NCBI GenBank assembly: GCA_000004695.1 | Contig: CM000153.2 | Span: 1,216,001 to 1,280,000 of the forward strand | Reading direction: 5' to 3' | From: Dictyostelium discoideum | Lineage: Eukaryota | DNA length: 64,000 bases | Shown here: positions 1-12,685 of the stretch, in pieces | Layout of the letters: each line of letters opens with the position of its first letter | How positions within the stretch are numbered: the stretch's first letter is position 1 | Notes under the pieces: generated by a model | Seen by the model: only the letters and a program-made list of their open reading frames with translations | What the model was told of the DNA's origin: nothing | The model's database searches: none | Position numbers and translations under genes: made by a program

Positions 1-3000
1 TACCTTTACCTGCTCCAGCACCACAATCACAAAAGAATCTACTATATCTACTATAACTAACTTGATGACCTTTATGACAAACTTTAACACAAACTGAGCA
101 ACAACCTTCAGAGAATTTCAAACCACAAGTATAACAAAAATACCAATGTTGATCAATATAATCATTTTTAGTGAATGTATAAGTACAAACTTTTGAAGAG
201 AGTTTTCTTTCTTCATCATCCTCTTCACCAGTGTTTTCATTACCATTAACAACTTTTTCATCCTCTGAAAGATATTGAAGTTCATCTTCATCTTCTTCAT
301 CCATTACTTCGACATCATCCTTTAATATATCTTCATCTACAACGTTTGTTATTGAGGACTTATCAACCATCACTTCATCCTTACGACTATGATGGTGATG
401 GTGGTGATGGTTACTATGATGACAACCACCACTATGATGCTGTTGGTCACTTGAAGGTTTTTTCAAAGATTTTGATAAATCTAAAATATTTTCAATAAAT
501 TCTACTAAAAGATTTAATGATTCCAATTGGTCAATAGTTGGATTGGTTAAGAGTGGTGATGAAAGATTGGAGATTTCATTGAATAATTTCAAAAGTTGAT
601 GTTGTCCCATTGCAATGAATTGTAATAATTCAAAGTAACCTTTGAGTAATTTTGGTTGATCAATCCAAACCGTAAAAGCATTATTTAGAGATGATAATAA
701 GACATCGAAAAGTGTCAAAGCAAATGATGTTACCTTTTCATCCCAATCAACAAATTCTAAAGAAGGTGGTGAAGATGATGCAGTTAAAGCTGGTGAAGAA
801 TTACTATCTTGACCAGAAGTGATTGGTGTTTTCTTACCAGGTATTTTAGTTGGTGTACTACTTCCACTTGATCTCTTCTTTTTCTTTCCTTCAGACTCTT
901 GAAGTAATTGTTGTTGTAAAAGTTCTTCAGACTCTTTAGCTGCCAAAGCTGCTGCTGCTTGTTGTTGTAAATAATCCTTTGAATAACATGATAAATCTTT
1001 ATTACCAATTAATAAACCAATTAATCTTATAATTTGTTCTTGAATTGAAACTGTTGAATTAATTTTACCAGATTTTTCTTCAACCTTATTATTATTATTA
1101 TTGTTGTTATTTAAAATGATTTCAATATCCATTTTTTCTGTACCATTTGTTGCTGTTGAATTTTTTTCAAAATTATTAATACCTAAAAGTTTTTGTTCAA
1201 ACCATAACTTTAAATCATTAATTGGAATTTTACTAAAAGTTGTAATACAATGAGATCTAAATGATGTGAAAAATTCTGATGGTGTTGAGATTGACATAAA
1301 ATGGACCAAAGCCGATAAAACTTTAAGATTAAACTTTTCACATGGATTATTGAAAAGAACAGAGATTAAAAGTTGAAGATTACCAGTTGGTAAAACAAAT
1401 TCGAAATCTCTAGTACCACGTGCTACTGAACCATTGAAACCAGAAATATAATAACAATAGATATGAGATCCATTCAATTTTGACATTGATATTAAAGAAT
1501 CGACATAACCAATTAAAACTGTTAATAGATATGAATTCTCTGATAAAAATTTGTTACTACTGTTATTGGATGGAGAAAAAGTTGGATCAATTAAAATCTT
1601 TGAAATGGATTCAAAGTTTGCCAATTTAATTTGATTGATAAGATAACCAGATTGAGCACCACTAATCAATGATGAATAGTTATCATAATGATCCTTTAAG
1701 AAAGAGAATGATCTATCAGTGGAGATATAAACTTGTTCAAAGATTAATTCACTAACTTTGGAGAGTATTGGTTTTGTTGAATCTGGATTTGTCTCGGTAA
1801 CATTATCCCAATGGACCAATGCTTGATTTGAAAGAGTTAGGAGTAATCTAATTATCGATTGAAGTGCTACACTATAAACTTTACCCTCTGTAAAGGATGG
1901 GTTATATGGTTGAACTGACCAACCAAACAATTGTTTTTGATCCTTTGGTACCAATGGATCTGGTTTATATTCTTCATCCCATTTCTCTACAGTATTTCTA
2001 TCATCTGTTGAGAAATCCAAAGACTTCATTACCTCTAAAACTTCGGTTTTTGATGATAATATATACAATTCTTGAATGAGTTTAACATGTAATGCATTGG
2101 AATGATTTGATAATTGTTCAATCAATGATTTTTTATAGATACCTCTATAATGACCTAAAGTATCAATTATAAAATTGATTAAACTTGGTAATAATGTTGA
2201 AATATTTGAACGAATTGTTGATTCTTTTGTTGTTGCTGTTGCTGTTGTTGTTGCTGCTGCTGCTGTGGTTGTTGTCGTAGGAACTGTAGATGAAGAAGAT
2301 TTTAAATTATCTTTATTTTGTTCTTTTTCACTCTCTTCAGAATCTTCATCTTCATCATTCTCAGAATCGTCTTCATCCATTTCTTCTTCTTCTTCCTCAT
2401 CTTCTTCTTCATCATCGTCATCATTAAATAGTGATTCCCAACCATCGAAATAACTATCACCACCTCCACTTGTATCAACATTACCAGAGGATTCTGCCAA
2501 TTTTTTATTAATATTCAAAGAGGTACCAACATCGAAAACCTTTGTAAGATAAGCTAATGAACTTTGAACAATACCATTTACTCTTAAAGAGCTATCGGAT
2601 GGTGTACCACCATTATATTTGAAATGAGTTAAAATATTTTCAGTATGTGCCAACCACGGTATTTCAGGATTATTACATTGAGAAGGATAGATTGATTTCA
2701 AATAAGTGATAAAGATTGGTGAAGTGTTGCTAACGGTTGTAAAGGTTTGTGGATCTTTAATTGCCTTTAAAAATGAAAGTGATAATGGAAGACAACTTAA
2801 AAACTTTAAACTTGATGCCACAATATAATCAAAATACAAAGAATCCAATGAACTACCATCTTGTGTACTCTTTACAGTTGGAGTTAAAGAACATAATGAC
2901 ACTATATTATTATAAAATTGTTCATAACAATTATCATTATTTGTTGATTTTTGTAATAAACTAGTAATCTTTTCAAGATTATTTGAATGATTAAACCAAT

Positions 3001-6000
3001 CTTCATTATTAGTTGGTATTGATGTTGTTGATGGAGTAGTAGTTGTTGTTGTTGTTGTAGTATTAGTTGGAGTAATTGGTGATAATATATTATTACTTGA
3101 TGAATTTATAGATTTTGATGGTGAAGTTAAAGTATTATTTGGTGGTGGAATGAAATAAAGATCATAAAACTCGGGTAATCCAATCAAACCATCATTATTT
3201 ATAAAAGCAGATTTTTTAATTAATTTTTCAATTGTACCACTATAGTTTAGATTTACAATTGAAAGTTTATAAAATTCACCCACTTGGTAATTTGACTTTT
3301 TAAATGATAACAATTGACTATTGAATAATTTTGAGAGTATTGGATTCACAGTTTCAAAATTAAAGAGTATATAATTGAATACCATTAAACATCTTGAGAG
3401 CATTAAAGAGTTTGGAAGGAATGATTGATCAGATTTGACTTTACAAACGATTTCATTAAATGATTGACATAATGTTGAAACTATACCCAAACGATGTTTC
3501 TCATCCAAAGTATGGAAAGAGAATAAAAGTAATAAAATATAATCCAATGAAATCACCTCTTTGAATGGGGATGAAACCAATGAAACCTCTCTGATAACTC
3601 TTGAGGAATTCTTTAAAAAGCCATCCCAAAGGCTAACCACCATTACGCTATTGGTGGCACCAACGACCATTGTTGATTGTTTCTTTACAAATATCCAAGC
3701 TATCCAAGCCAATTGTTCCTTTGGAAGAGTTAAAAGTTGAGAATCAACAGAGGTGAATACAAACCCAATGAATTGATCCAACAATGTATCACTAATGATT
3801 GAATTTTTACATAAAAGGAAGCAAATATTTGTTAATAACTTAAAAACGGTTGAATTCTTTGATTTTGGTGCCATTATTGATGGATTACTAGATGGTGCTA
3901 TCAATGTGAACAATATTCTTAAATGAGTTAAAGTCAAGTGGTTCTTTGTAAACTCTTTATACATTGGATCATCTTGTAAGAGATAAATAAAGCTTAAAAG
4001 GTTAAATATTTTACATTTCATAATATCTTCATCATGATCACCATCATCATTAGATGATTCTTTAATATTTGAATTTGCTGGAGTACTAATGATAGTTGCA
4101 TTTGTTGTTGTTGTTGTAGTTGAGGATTTTGGTGTTCCTTCATTAACTTTATTACTACTACTTCTAATTGAAGTACTTGATTGATCAAATAATCCTCCAA
4201 ATAAATCATCTTCTCCAAAATAGGAATCATTAATTTTAATTGGTGGTGATTTTTTACTATTGCTTTTACTATCATTATTATTATTATTATTATTTACAAT
4301 TGGAATAGGTGTTGATGATCGAGTTGTTTCCATTGGTATGGATTCATTTGTTGTTGTTGTAGTTGTTGTTGTTGTTGCTGTTGTTGTGGTTGTGGTTGAT
4401 TTCGTTGGTTTAAAATAACATAAATATAAAATATTGAATAAAGTATCGAGTAATTGTGGTTTAATAAATAATTTAAATAAAGAATCTTTTGAAAATAATT
4501 GTTTGTTTTCATTTGAAAAATCAAACCAACCCTCAACACCAGTTCCATCCAATGGTTCTGATAATAAAAATTTAGTGGTTGGTTTTTCAACACCTGTAAT
4601 AGTACTCTGATCAACAGTTGAATCAATTTTTAACAATTCATTAAAATCTACATTGTTGTTGTTGTTGTTATTATTTTGAATCTCTGTAATTTCTCTAATA
4701 TTTTTGAATACCAAGTCAATTGCTAAAATAATCAATTGTGGGTTCAAAACTAAATACTCTTTATCCAATGGTGTTGATTGATCTCTTTCTAAAAGTTTGA
4801 CAATGTCAATTTTCATTTTATTTACATCTGATAAAATACATAATGAAAAGAATATCTCTGCTTTAATTTGTAAACCTGGATAATCTAATTTACTACCTAA
4901 AACTTCAAATATATTTTCAAATAACTATTAAAAAAAATTAAAAATAAAATTGTAATTAATATTTTTTTTTTTTGTTTTTGTTTTGATTTTGATTTTGTTT
5001 TAAAAAAAAAAAAAAAAAATACAAACATGTTTTGATAAAAATTTAGAATCATTATTATAATAAGATAAATTATTTGAAATTGAAAAAGATTGGAAAGATC
5101 TAAGAGTTCCAATTAAATTTCCCAAGAAATCAATGGTCCAAGGTGCAGTTTGTTTATCTAATGAATCAAATCCTTCAGAGAATATAATATCTTGAACATT
5201 GCTCATAAAATCTTGAATCAAAGTTTGATTCTTTTTGAATGTTTCAAACTTTTCAACAGTAGATGGTGATGTTAAATCTGCATGATAGGGTACCAAAAGT
5301 TTAGAACAAATTGATAACAATCTTGAAGATCCAAATAATTTATTATTGAAATAATTTGAATTAACTTTGGCGAATGTTTCCATTCCTCCTTCACCATTAC
5401 CACAATTACTATATGATTCTGGTTGTGTGATTGTTGATGATGGTAGTGGTTGTGTTGTTATTGTTGATGTTGGAGTTGGTGGTGGTGGTGGTAATGTGGA
5501 TGGTTTAAATGATGGTATCATTGTTTCATTTAAGCCTTCTACTTTTAATCCTTCATTTAAAAATTGACTAAAGATATTACTATTAGAAGTAGAAGTTGTT
5601 GTTGTTGTTGCTATTGTTGGCTTCTCTATATTTGTTGTGGTAATAGGTATTGGTGAAGAAGCGATTGGTTTTGAAGATTCTTTATCCTCTTTTTTGTTCT
5701 CTTTGTTGTCTTGGTTATTTGAGTCTAATATCTCATCTAATTCAGAAACATTTAAAAAAGAAGGTATGTTATCAAAGGTTTTATCAATTTCAGTTGATGG
5801 AAATTCAATACAACATAACATATCAATAACTGATAATAATGTTAGAGGTGTTAATTTCTTACTATTATTACTTTGATTATTGTCGTCTGTTTTATTATTG
5901 CTATTATTATCATTATTATTATTATTATTAATATTTGGAATGGTTGATAAATCAATATCACCATTTCCCCATTTCTCTAAAATGTTTAAACAAAATTCAA

Positions 6001-6175
6001 TTGTATCTTTACAAAATATTTCGAATTCATTTTCAACTATAATAAAATTAATAATAAAAAAATAGGTTAGCAAAATATAAAAATTAAAAATCTCCAAAAA
6101 AAAAAAAAAAAAAAAAATATGTTTTTGTTATTTTTTTAAAAAATTTGTGGAAATTAACTTTTTTTTGGAAGAAAG

Positions 6176-6231
<56 letters not shown>

Positions 6232-6335
6232 TGAGCTGAACTGAATTGAATTGAGAAAATATTGAGATAAAAACGATTTATTATTGATGATGAGAGATAG
6301 AATTGAGATTGAAAATATGAGAATAAAAAGATAAC

Positions 6336-6366
<31 letters not shown>

Positions 6367-6609
6367 AACAACAAATAATTGATAATTACCTTTATCTTTT
6401 TCTTTACCATTAAAAACTATATTGAAGGAAATTGATTCCAATATTTTTGAAAGGAAATAGATTTGATCCAATAACAATTCCTTTGATTTTAATAAGGCGA
6501 GAAGAGGCTTTAAATTTTTAACTATTGTATCTTTTTTCAATAAACCAGTTAATTCTTTAAAATATGTACTAATTTTATCTTCTGGTGGTTGTTTTTCTGC
6601 TTCTCCCAT
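1..6609 (-). CDS. UBR4/BIG/calossin-like giant E3 ubiquitin ligase (N-recognin 4), N-terminal ~2000 aa. The gene runs off the window start. Exons (minus strand): 6390..6609, 5027..6036, <1..4924.
   Basis: Start MGEAEKQPPEDK at 6609. Intron 1 has donor GTAATT at 6389 and acceptor ..TTATAG at 6037; intron 2 has donor GTTTGT at 5026 and acceptor ..TAATAG at 4925. Both preserve frame. The third exon is one uninterrupted frame of ~1640 codons down to nt 1. It ends in a textbook UBR box (approx 1..195): VCTYTFTKNDYIDQHWYFCYTCGLKFSEGCCSVCVKVCHKGHQVSYSRYSRFFCDCGAG, which matches the UBR4-type zf-UBR motif. Upstream are His-rich and acidic low-complexity stretches typical of Dictyostelium. The track ORF 5000..6097 is exon 2 plus intron read-through. 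Confidence 0.85.
6172..6225. repeat. Poly(A) homopolymer (~50 nt) inside intron 1 of the UBR4-like gene. Further A/T runs at 6343..6363 and 7022..7122.
   Basis: Direct reading of the sequence. Confidence 0.9.
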
Positions 6610-6673
6610 TTCTACATTTTTATTATTATTATTATTACTATTATTGTTATTATTATTGTTATTATTGTTGTTA

Positions 6674-6705
<32 letters not shown>

Positions 6706-6996
6706 GTTATTGTTATTATTATCCTATTTTTGAAAAAAAAATAATAAAAAAGTAAAAGAAAAAAAAAAATTGTATAAAAATATAATAAAAAAAAAATAAA
6801 ATAAAATAAAATAAAATAAAAAAAAAAAAAAGGGTTAGATGAATAATCTTTTTTTAAATGAATAAAATTAAAGAATGAAAATAATACATACCATTAAACT
6901 TTCACTTAATGCAATTGCTAATAAAAGATCAGGGTCCATTATGTGATTTTTTTCAACAAATAATGGAATTGTGTGTTTTTAATTAAATAAGAAAAA

Positions 6997-7035
<39 letters not shown>

Positions 7036-7054
7036 TTTTAATTTAAAAAAATTA

Positions 7055-7108
<54 letters not shown>

Positions 7109-7148
7109 TTTTTTTATGTTTTTAAAACCCCCCCCCCCAAAAAAAAAA

Positions 7149-7186
<38 letters not shown>

Positions 7187-7262
7187 TACCCAATGGAAAT
7201 TTTTAAAAAAACCAAAAAAACCATTAAAATTTTATTTTTTTTAAAAAAAATTTTTGGTTATT

Positions 7263-7304
<42 letters not shown>

Positions 7305-7396
7305 TTGAGTGTACAAAATGATTACCATTATTAATAGTTGGTTAAATTACTATTATTATTATTGAGAAGGGATGTTGAGTAATTTGAAGTATCAAC

Positions 7397-7444
<48 letters not shown>

Positions 7445-7476
7445 ATTATTATTACTATTTTTATTATTTAAATTAT

Positions 7477-8134
7477 TTAGAAAAGATTATTTGTACTCTT
7501 TGGAAGTGGTTCATCGGTATCAATTTCTGATTCTTCGAAACGAAGAACTTTTCTATCGATTGGGACACCAAATTCATTTTCAATTTTAGAGATATTCTTA
7601 TTGATACTTCTGACATTTCTAATATCGAAACCTTCCATGGCTTTAATGTTATGGAAGAATACTTTATTATCTTTAATACGTGGTGCTGTCAATGGGTATG
7701 GTTCTGTTTCATAGAATAATTTCTCTGCTTTCTCTTCTGCTGTTAAATTTTCAGTTGGTGCATCTAATGTTGGTTGTTTTCTTAATGATAAAACTTCACC
7801 TCTCTTTTTTAAAAATTTGTAAACTCTTGTTAATGGACGTGTTTTTACAAATTGTTTATTGGTAATATCTGGTGGGGTTTGTGAACTATTTTTTTATTTA
7901 ATATTATTATTATTATTATTATTATTTTAGAATTTATATTAATAAAGCAAACACAACAATAAAATTGTATTATATAGTTTGTCATAGTTCCCATATGTCC
8001 AAAATTACTTACCCTGGTGCTGGATAACGATAATTTGTATCGAAAAAACCTTCATCAGAAGGAATTAACAACTCTCTCATTCTCTTTGGTAAGAAAACTT
8101 TTAATTTTTTAAATTCTTTAATTAATGAAGCCAT
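7477..8134 (-). CDS. Small conserved protein of unknown function (176 aa), two exons on the minus strand: 8013..8134 and 7477..7885.
   Basis: ATG at 8134 (MASLIKEFKKLKVFLPKRMRELLIPSDEGFFDTNYRYPAPG). Donor GTAAGT at 8012; AT-rich 127-bp intron; acceptor AAATAG at 7886; phase-2 junction. Exon 2 matches track ORF 7477..7692 and extends it (…TAPRIKDNKVFFHNIKAMEGFDIRNV…LF*). No confident family assignment; possibly a small mitochondrial protein. Confidence 0.7.
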
Positions 8135-8238
8135 GTTATATTTTATATTGAGCGCCCAATATTAAATAATCGAATAAGTGATTTGGAAAAAGAAAAAAAA
8201 AAAAAAAAAAAATGAAAAAAAAAAAAAAAAAAAAATTG

Positions 8239-8270
<32 letters not shown>

Positions 8271-8604
8271 AAAAAAAAAATTGAAAAAAAAAAAAAAAAA
8301 TAAATGATCTGACCCAAACCAACTAACAGTGAATAAAGGGGAATTTAATATGAAAATTGGTTATTAATATAAATCATTAATATTTTTTTGAAAATCAATT
8401 TTAAGTTCAATTAATTAACAAAAAAATAAAAAAATAAATGTATACACTTTTTTTTTTATTTTTTTAATATCATGGTTTTATCCTTACAAAAAAATTTCTT
8501 TTTATATATATTTTTCCAGTTTTGTTTTTTTTTTTTTTTTTTTATCTAAAAAACATTGTTTTTTAATATATCTAAATATGGAAAATTAAATATTACCCCA
8601 CCCC

Positions 8605-8639
<35 letters not shown>

Positions 8640-9062
8640 AATTGGTAATCCCCTTTGTTTTTCCCACCAACCAATTATTCTTTTTTTTTTTTTTTCCAAA
8701 TAACTTTTTTTAAGAATTGTTTTTTCCTAAATTTTATTAAAATAAATGTAATAAATAATTTTTTAAAATTTTTAAAATAAATAAAAAAAAAACCATTTCA
8801 ATTTATCATAAAGATTCAACAACCGATCTATTGCAAAGACTAACCACTGGGATTATGAGAATCACCCTATGATTTTACTGAATATGGAAAAACTGGGCAA
8901 TAAAAGCATGTGTTCCAGAATTTCAAAATATTAAATAGAAAAATCGACTACAAACCAATTTATTTATTTATTAATACCTTCATAAACCCGCAACTAAACA
9001 CATCCATTTATAAAATTTCTTTTTTTTTATATTAGGGATGATTATTAATTTTAGGATTACTT

Positions 9063-9254
9063 TTGGCATTAAATATTTCATCAGTAGTATCACAAAACAA
9101 ATGGGATGCGGAATGTATTGCTGAGTGTCTTTCTATTAACCCAACTTATCAAAAGGATTGCACAAACATAAATATAAAAGGAGGAAATGATTGCCAACTT
9201 TTAACTAAAAAATGCCAAATAGATTGTGTTAATAATTTCAGACTTAATTTTTAA
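9063..9254 (+). CDS. Small Cys-rich secretory-type ORF (LILGLLLALNISSVVSQNKWDAECIAECLS…CQIDCVNNF) with no in-frame ATG. Possible frameshifted small secreted protein or second exon.
   Basis: The track ORF starts at TTG. Upstream in frame is a hydrophobic signal-peptide-like run immediately preceded by TGA. An ATG at 9039 sits one frame off. There are 8 Cys in 45 residues. See findings. Confidence 0.3.
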   Translation: MALNISSVVSQNKWDAECIAECLSINPTYQKDCTNINIKGGNDCQLLTKKCQIDCVNNFRLNF

Positions 9255-9403
9255 ATTTTTCATTCAATCAAAAAAACAAAAAAATAATAATAAATTTTAA
9301 AAACAATTTTTTTATTAATTAAATTAATTAATTATATAATTTTATTTTGAATTTAAACTCACTTCTTCCATTTTTTTTTTTTTTTTTTATTTAATATTGA
9401 AGA

Positions 9404-9405
<2 letters not shown>

Positions 9406-9470
<65 letters not shown>
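9406..9470. repeat. Poly(T) tract (~65 nt). The motif TTGAAGATCT+poly(T) is duplicated at 9391..9470 and 9530..9572.
   Basis: Direct reading of the sequence. Confidence 0.8.
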
Positions 9471-9537
9471 CATTTAATATTTATTTTTTTGGGTTGTCTC
9501 ATGCTTTTGGCAAAAAATAAATAATATATATTGAAGA

Positions 9538-9576
<39 letters not shown>

Positions 9577-9736
9577 CCCATCTTGATATATTTTTTAATT
9601 ATATCATGTGTGGTGTTTTTATATAGACCCAGATTGAAATCAAATGTAGCCCCTTTAAATTGTGATATCATCTCACTCATATTTTAATCAAATCAACACA
9701 CTATAAATACCACGCAAAAACCTGATTTGTAAATTT

Positions 9737-9767
<31 letters not shown>

Positions 9768-10126
9768 TTCTATATAAAAATATATTTTTTTTTTAAGATT
9801 TAAAAGTTTTTTTTTTTTTATCTATTTATAACTTTTTTTTTTTTTTTTTTTTTTTAATAAAAAAAAACTTTTTCTTTTTTTTTTTCCTTTATTCAGTGAA
9901 GTTATATATAACGTATATAATTTTTTTTTTTTTTTTATTTAATTATTTTGTTGTTATTGTTATTTTCATTATTACTATTATTGTTAATTATTTTGTTGTT
10001 ATTGCTAATTGTTCCCCCTTATTTTATTTTTTTTTTTTAAAATTTTTTTTTTTTTTTTTTTTTTTAATTATTTTTATTTTTTTTTTTTTTATTTTTTTTT
10101 TAATTAAAAAAAACTAATTTTAGTTT

Positions 10127-10163
<37 letters not shown>

Positions 10164-10475
10164 TTGTTACCAATAGTGCAGACAAAAATCTAAAGATAAA
10201 TTATATAAAACTTAAATAGTAATAAATAATAATCTTTCGAAACACCACAAATAACAATCATCACCATAAAGTTTCTTTACTTTTATAAGTAAAAAAAAAA
10301 AATAAAAAATAAAAATAAAAATAATAAAAAATAAAAATAAACACACAACACACACACACACACACACACACTCACTCCAACAACAAATAAATAAATTTTT
10401 AATCCATTTCGTAAAAAAAAAAAAAAAAAATAAAAATAAAAATAATAATAATATAAAAATAAATTAAAAATTAAA

Positions 10476-10519
<44 letters not shown>

Positions 10520-11054
10520 GCCCAAAAAAAAAAACCCAAAACCAAAAAAAACCAATTAACAAATTTATAAATTAATACAAATATACTAAATATATATAAA
10601 CTATAGTCTTCACTATTATTATACACAAAATTTAATTATTTAAATTTGTTTAATTTTTTTAAAATTTTTCGTAATTTAATTAAATAATAAAAAAAAAAAA
10701 AAAAAAAACAAAAAAACAAAGCAAAAAAAAATAAAATAAAAAGAAATTAAACAAAAACAGTAACAACAATAATTAAAATAAAAAAAATAATACTAAAATA
10801 GCTTTTTTTTCTAAATTTTTTATATTTTCTTGTTTAAAACACCAAAAACCGTAATTTAAAAAAAGATAAAATTTTTTTTTAAAAAAAAAAAATAAAAAAA
10901 AATCAAAATTAAAAAAATAAAAAAAAACCAAAATTAAAAAAAAAAAAAAATCAAAATTAAAAAAACGAAATAAACGAAACAAATAAATAATAAACAAATA
11001 ATAAATAAATAAATAAATAAATATAAGAGTAAAATTAAATAGATAAAGAAAAAT

Positions 11055-11409
11055 ATGGATTCTGGGTCAACAAAAGTATTATTAAATAGTAGTCACCATC
11101 ATGGTGGTAATAGTCATCATCAATATCATGTTGGTGGTAGCAATGTTAATGTTGGAATGAAGAGAAAATCGACTTCATCAAACAATACTGGAAATTATAT
11201 CTCATCATATATGTCGAATAGTAATGGTGTGGTAAATTATAATACAATGCCAATGGTAGTAACATCTAATCAAACTTCAACAACAACAACAACAGCAACA
11301 ATGATGATGACAAGTGGAGGCTGTGCAAAATGTGGCGGTAAAAAAAGACATTCTAAAACATGTATATATAGAAGAAATGATGATGATGATGTAAGTTTTT
11401 ATTTTTTAT

Positions 11410-11449
<40 letters not shown>

Positions 11450-11727
11450 GATATAAAATAATTAACAAATAATTTAATTTAATTTATTATTATTATTTAT
11501 TTATTTTTTATATTTATAAATAGGCAATTGTACCATCAAAAGATGTAATACAAAGATTGGATGTCGCAGCTTTGAAAAGATATAAAAAACATTATAGATT
11601 AAAAACTAAACACAACTCATCAAAAGCGGAACTTGCAAGTATTGTAAGATCACATTTTGACGGACTTCCAGTAAATGAAGGTGAAATCATCGAAAATTTT
11701 ATGGTTAAAGTTAAAAAAATGGTTTAA
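11055..11727 (+). CDS. SAP30-like Sin3/HDAC-complex subunit, 2 exons: 11055..11390 and 11524..11727.
   Basis: Exon 1 ends ..RRNDDDD|GTAAGT (phase 0). The 133-bp AT intron ends AAATAG at 11523. Exon 2 encodes AIVPSKDVIQRLDVAALKRYKKHYRLKTKHNSSKAELASIVRSHFDGLPVNEGEIIENFMVKV*. This matches the SAP30 Sin3-binding C-terminal motif (LRRYKRHY…KAQL…V..HF). Exon 1 carries a Cys/His cluster (GGCAKCGGKKRHSKTC) and polyT/N tracts. Confidence 0.75.
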
Positions 11728-11742
11728 TTTTTTTTTTTTTTC

Positions 11743-11784
<42 letters not shown>

Positions 11785-11875
11785 TCAAATATATATTTTT
11801 TTTCAAATTATATATATATAAAAAAAATAACTGTATATAGAAAACAATATTAAAATCAATAATAATAAGATTAAA

Positions 11876-11937
11876 CTATAAATTAAAATTAAAATTAAAA
11901 TTAAAATTAAAATTAAAATTAAAATTAAATTAAAATT
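11876..11937. repeat. (AAAATT)n microsatellite, ~10 units
   Basis: aattaaaattaaaattaaa… Direct reading of the sequence. Confidence 0.9.
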
Positions 11938-12685
11938 AACAACACTAAAATTATAAAAGTAAAAAACCAAATTAAAAAATAAATAATTCTGAAATATAGG
12001 TATACTTATATTTCGGATAAAAAATATATATATATATATATAATTCATTTATATATAAAATTTTGATTAAAAGGAAAAAACTAATTTCTATTTGTGTAGC
12101 TTTATTTAGAAACAATTTTTTTTTTTTTTTTTTACCATTTTACTTTTTTTTTTTATGTTTATAATTATTAAATTTGGGAATAATTTTTACGAAATTGAAA
12201 AGTGATCAGGTGGGGTTGTGTATGATTTTTTTTTATTTTTTTTTTATTTTTTTATTTTTTTTTTTTTATTTTTTTTTTTGTTTGCCATTAATAAAAAAAA
12301 TAAAGTAAATTAGATGATCACAACTCTGAATTTTTAATATTTTATCATAAATTTTAAAAATATGGTATCACCATACAAAAGAACTTTTAAACCACCGGAT
12401 GGCGAAATTATTTTCTTAATTTTTTTATTTTTAATTTTTTTTTTTGAACTAAAAAATATCTTTTTTTTTTTTCTTTTTTTTTTTTTTTTATTTTTTATTT
12501 TTGTTTTATTTTTTTTTTATTTTGATTTAAAATTTTTTTTTTTTTCATTATTGTTATTATTGGTAATCATTGTGTTAAAAATAAAATAAAATAAAAAAAA
12601 ATTAAAAAATTTATTATATAATTTCAAATAAATAAATAAATAAATAAAAAAATAAATCCAAAAATTAAATATTGTAATTATAAAA

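Noticed and set aside
4018-4626. Minus-strand ORFs (85 and 110 aa, Gln-rich) inside the UBR4-like third exon
   Set aside because: They are alternative frames of poly-(CAA/ACA) coding repeats. The real frame is the one that stays open from 4924 to nt 1 and ends in the UBR box.
5000-6097. Track ORF starting MEIFNFYILL… and ending …KHVCIFFFFF
   Set aside because: The ORF is exon 2 of the UBR4-like gene plus read-through into both flanking introns. The first ~20 and last ~8 residues come from intron sequence. The true exon is 5027..6036 with a phase-1 start.
9474-10997. Several 60–90 aa ORFs on both strands (poly-Phe/Lys/Ile)
   Set aside because: They are translations of poly(A)/poly(T) and (AT)-rich intergenic sequence, with no codon structure and no start context.
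12362-12589. ORF MVSPYKRTFKPPDGEIIFLIFLF… upstream of the CFA-synthase gene
   Set aside because: After 16 codons it runs into poly-T/Phe low complexity. There is no GT donor that would allow splicing to the CFA synthase exon 1, which has its own ATG at 12686. It is possibly a uORF or chance ORF.
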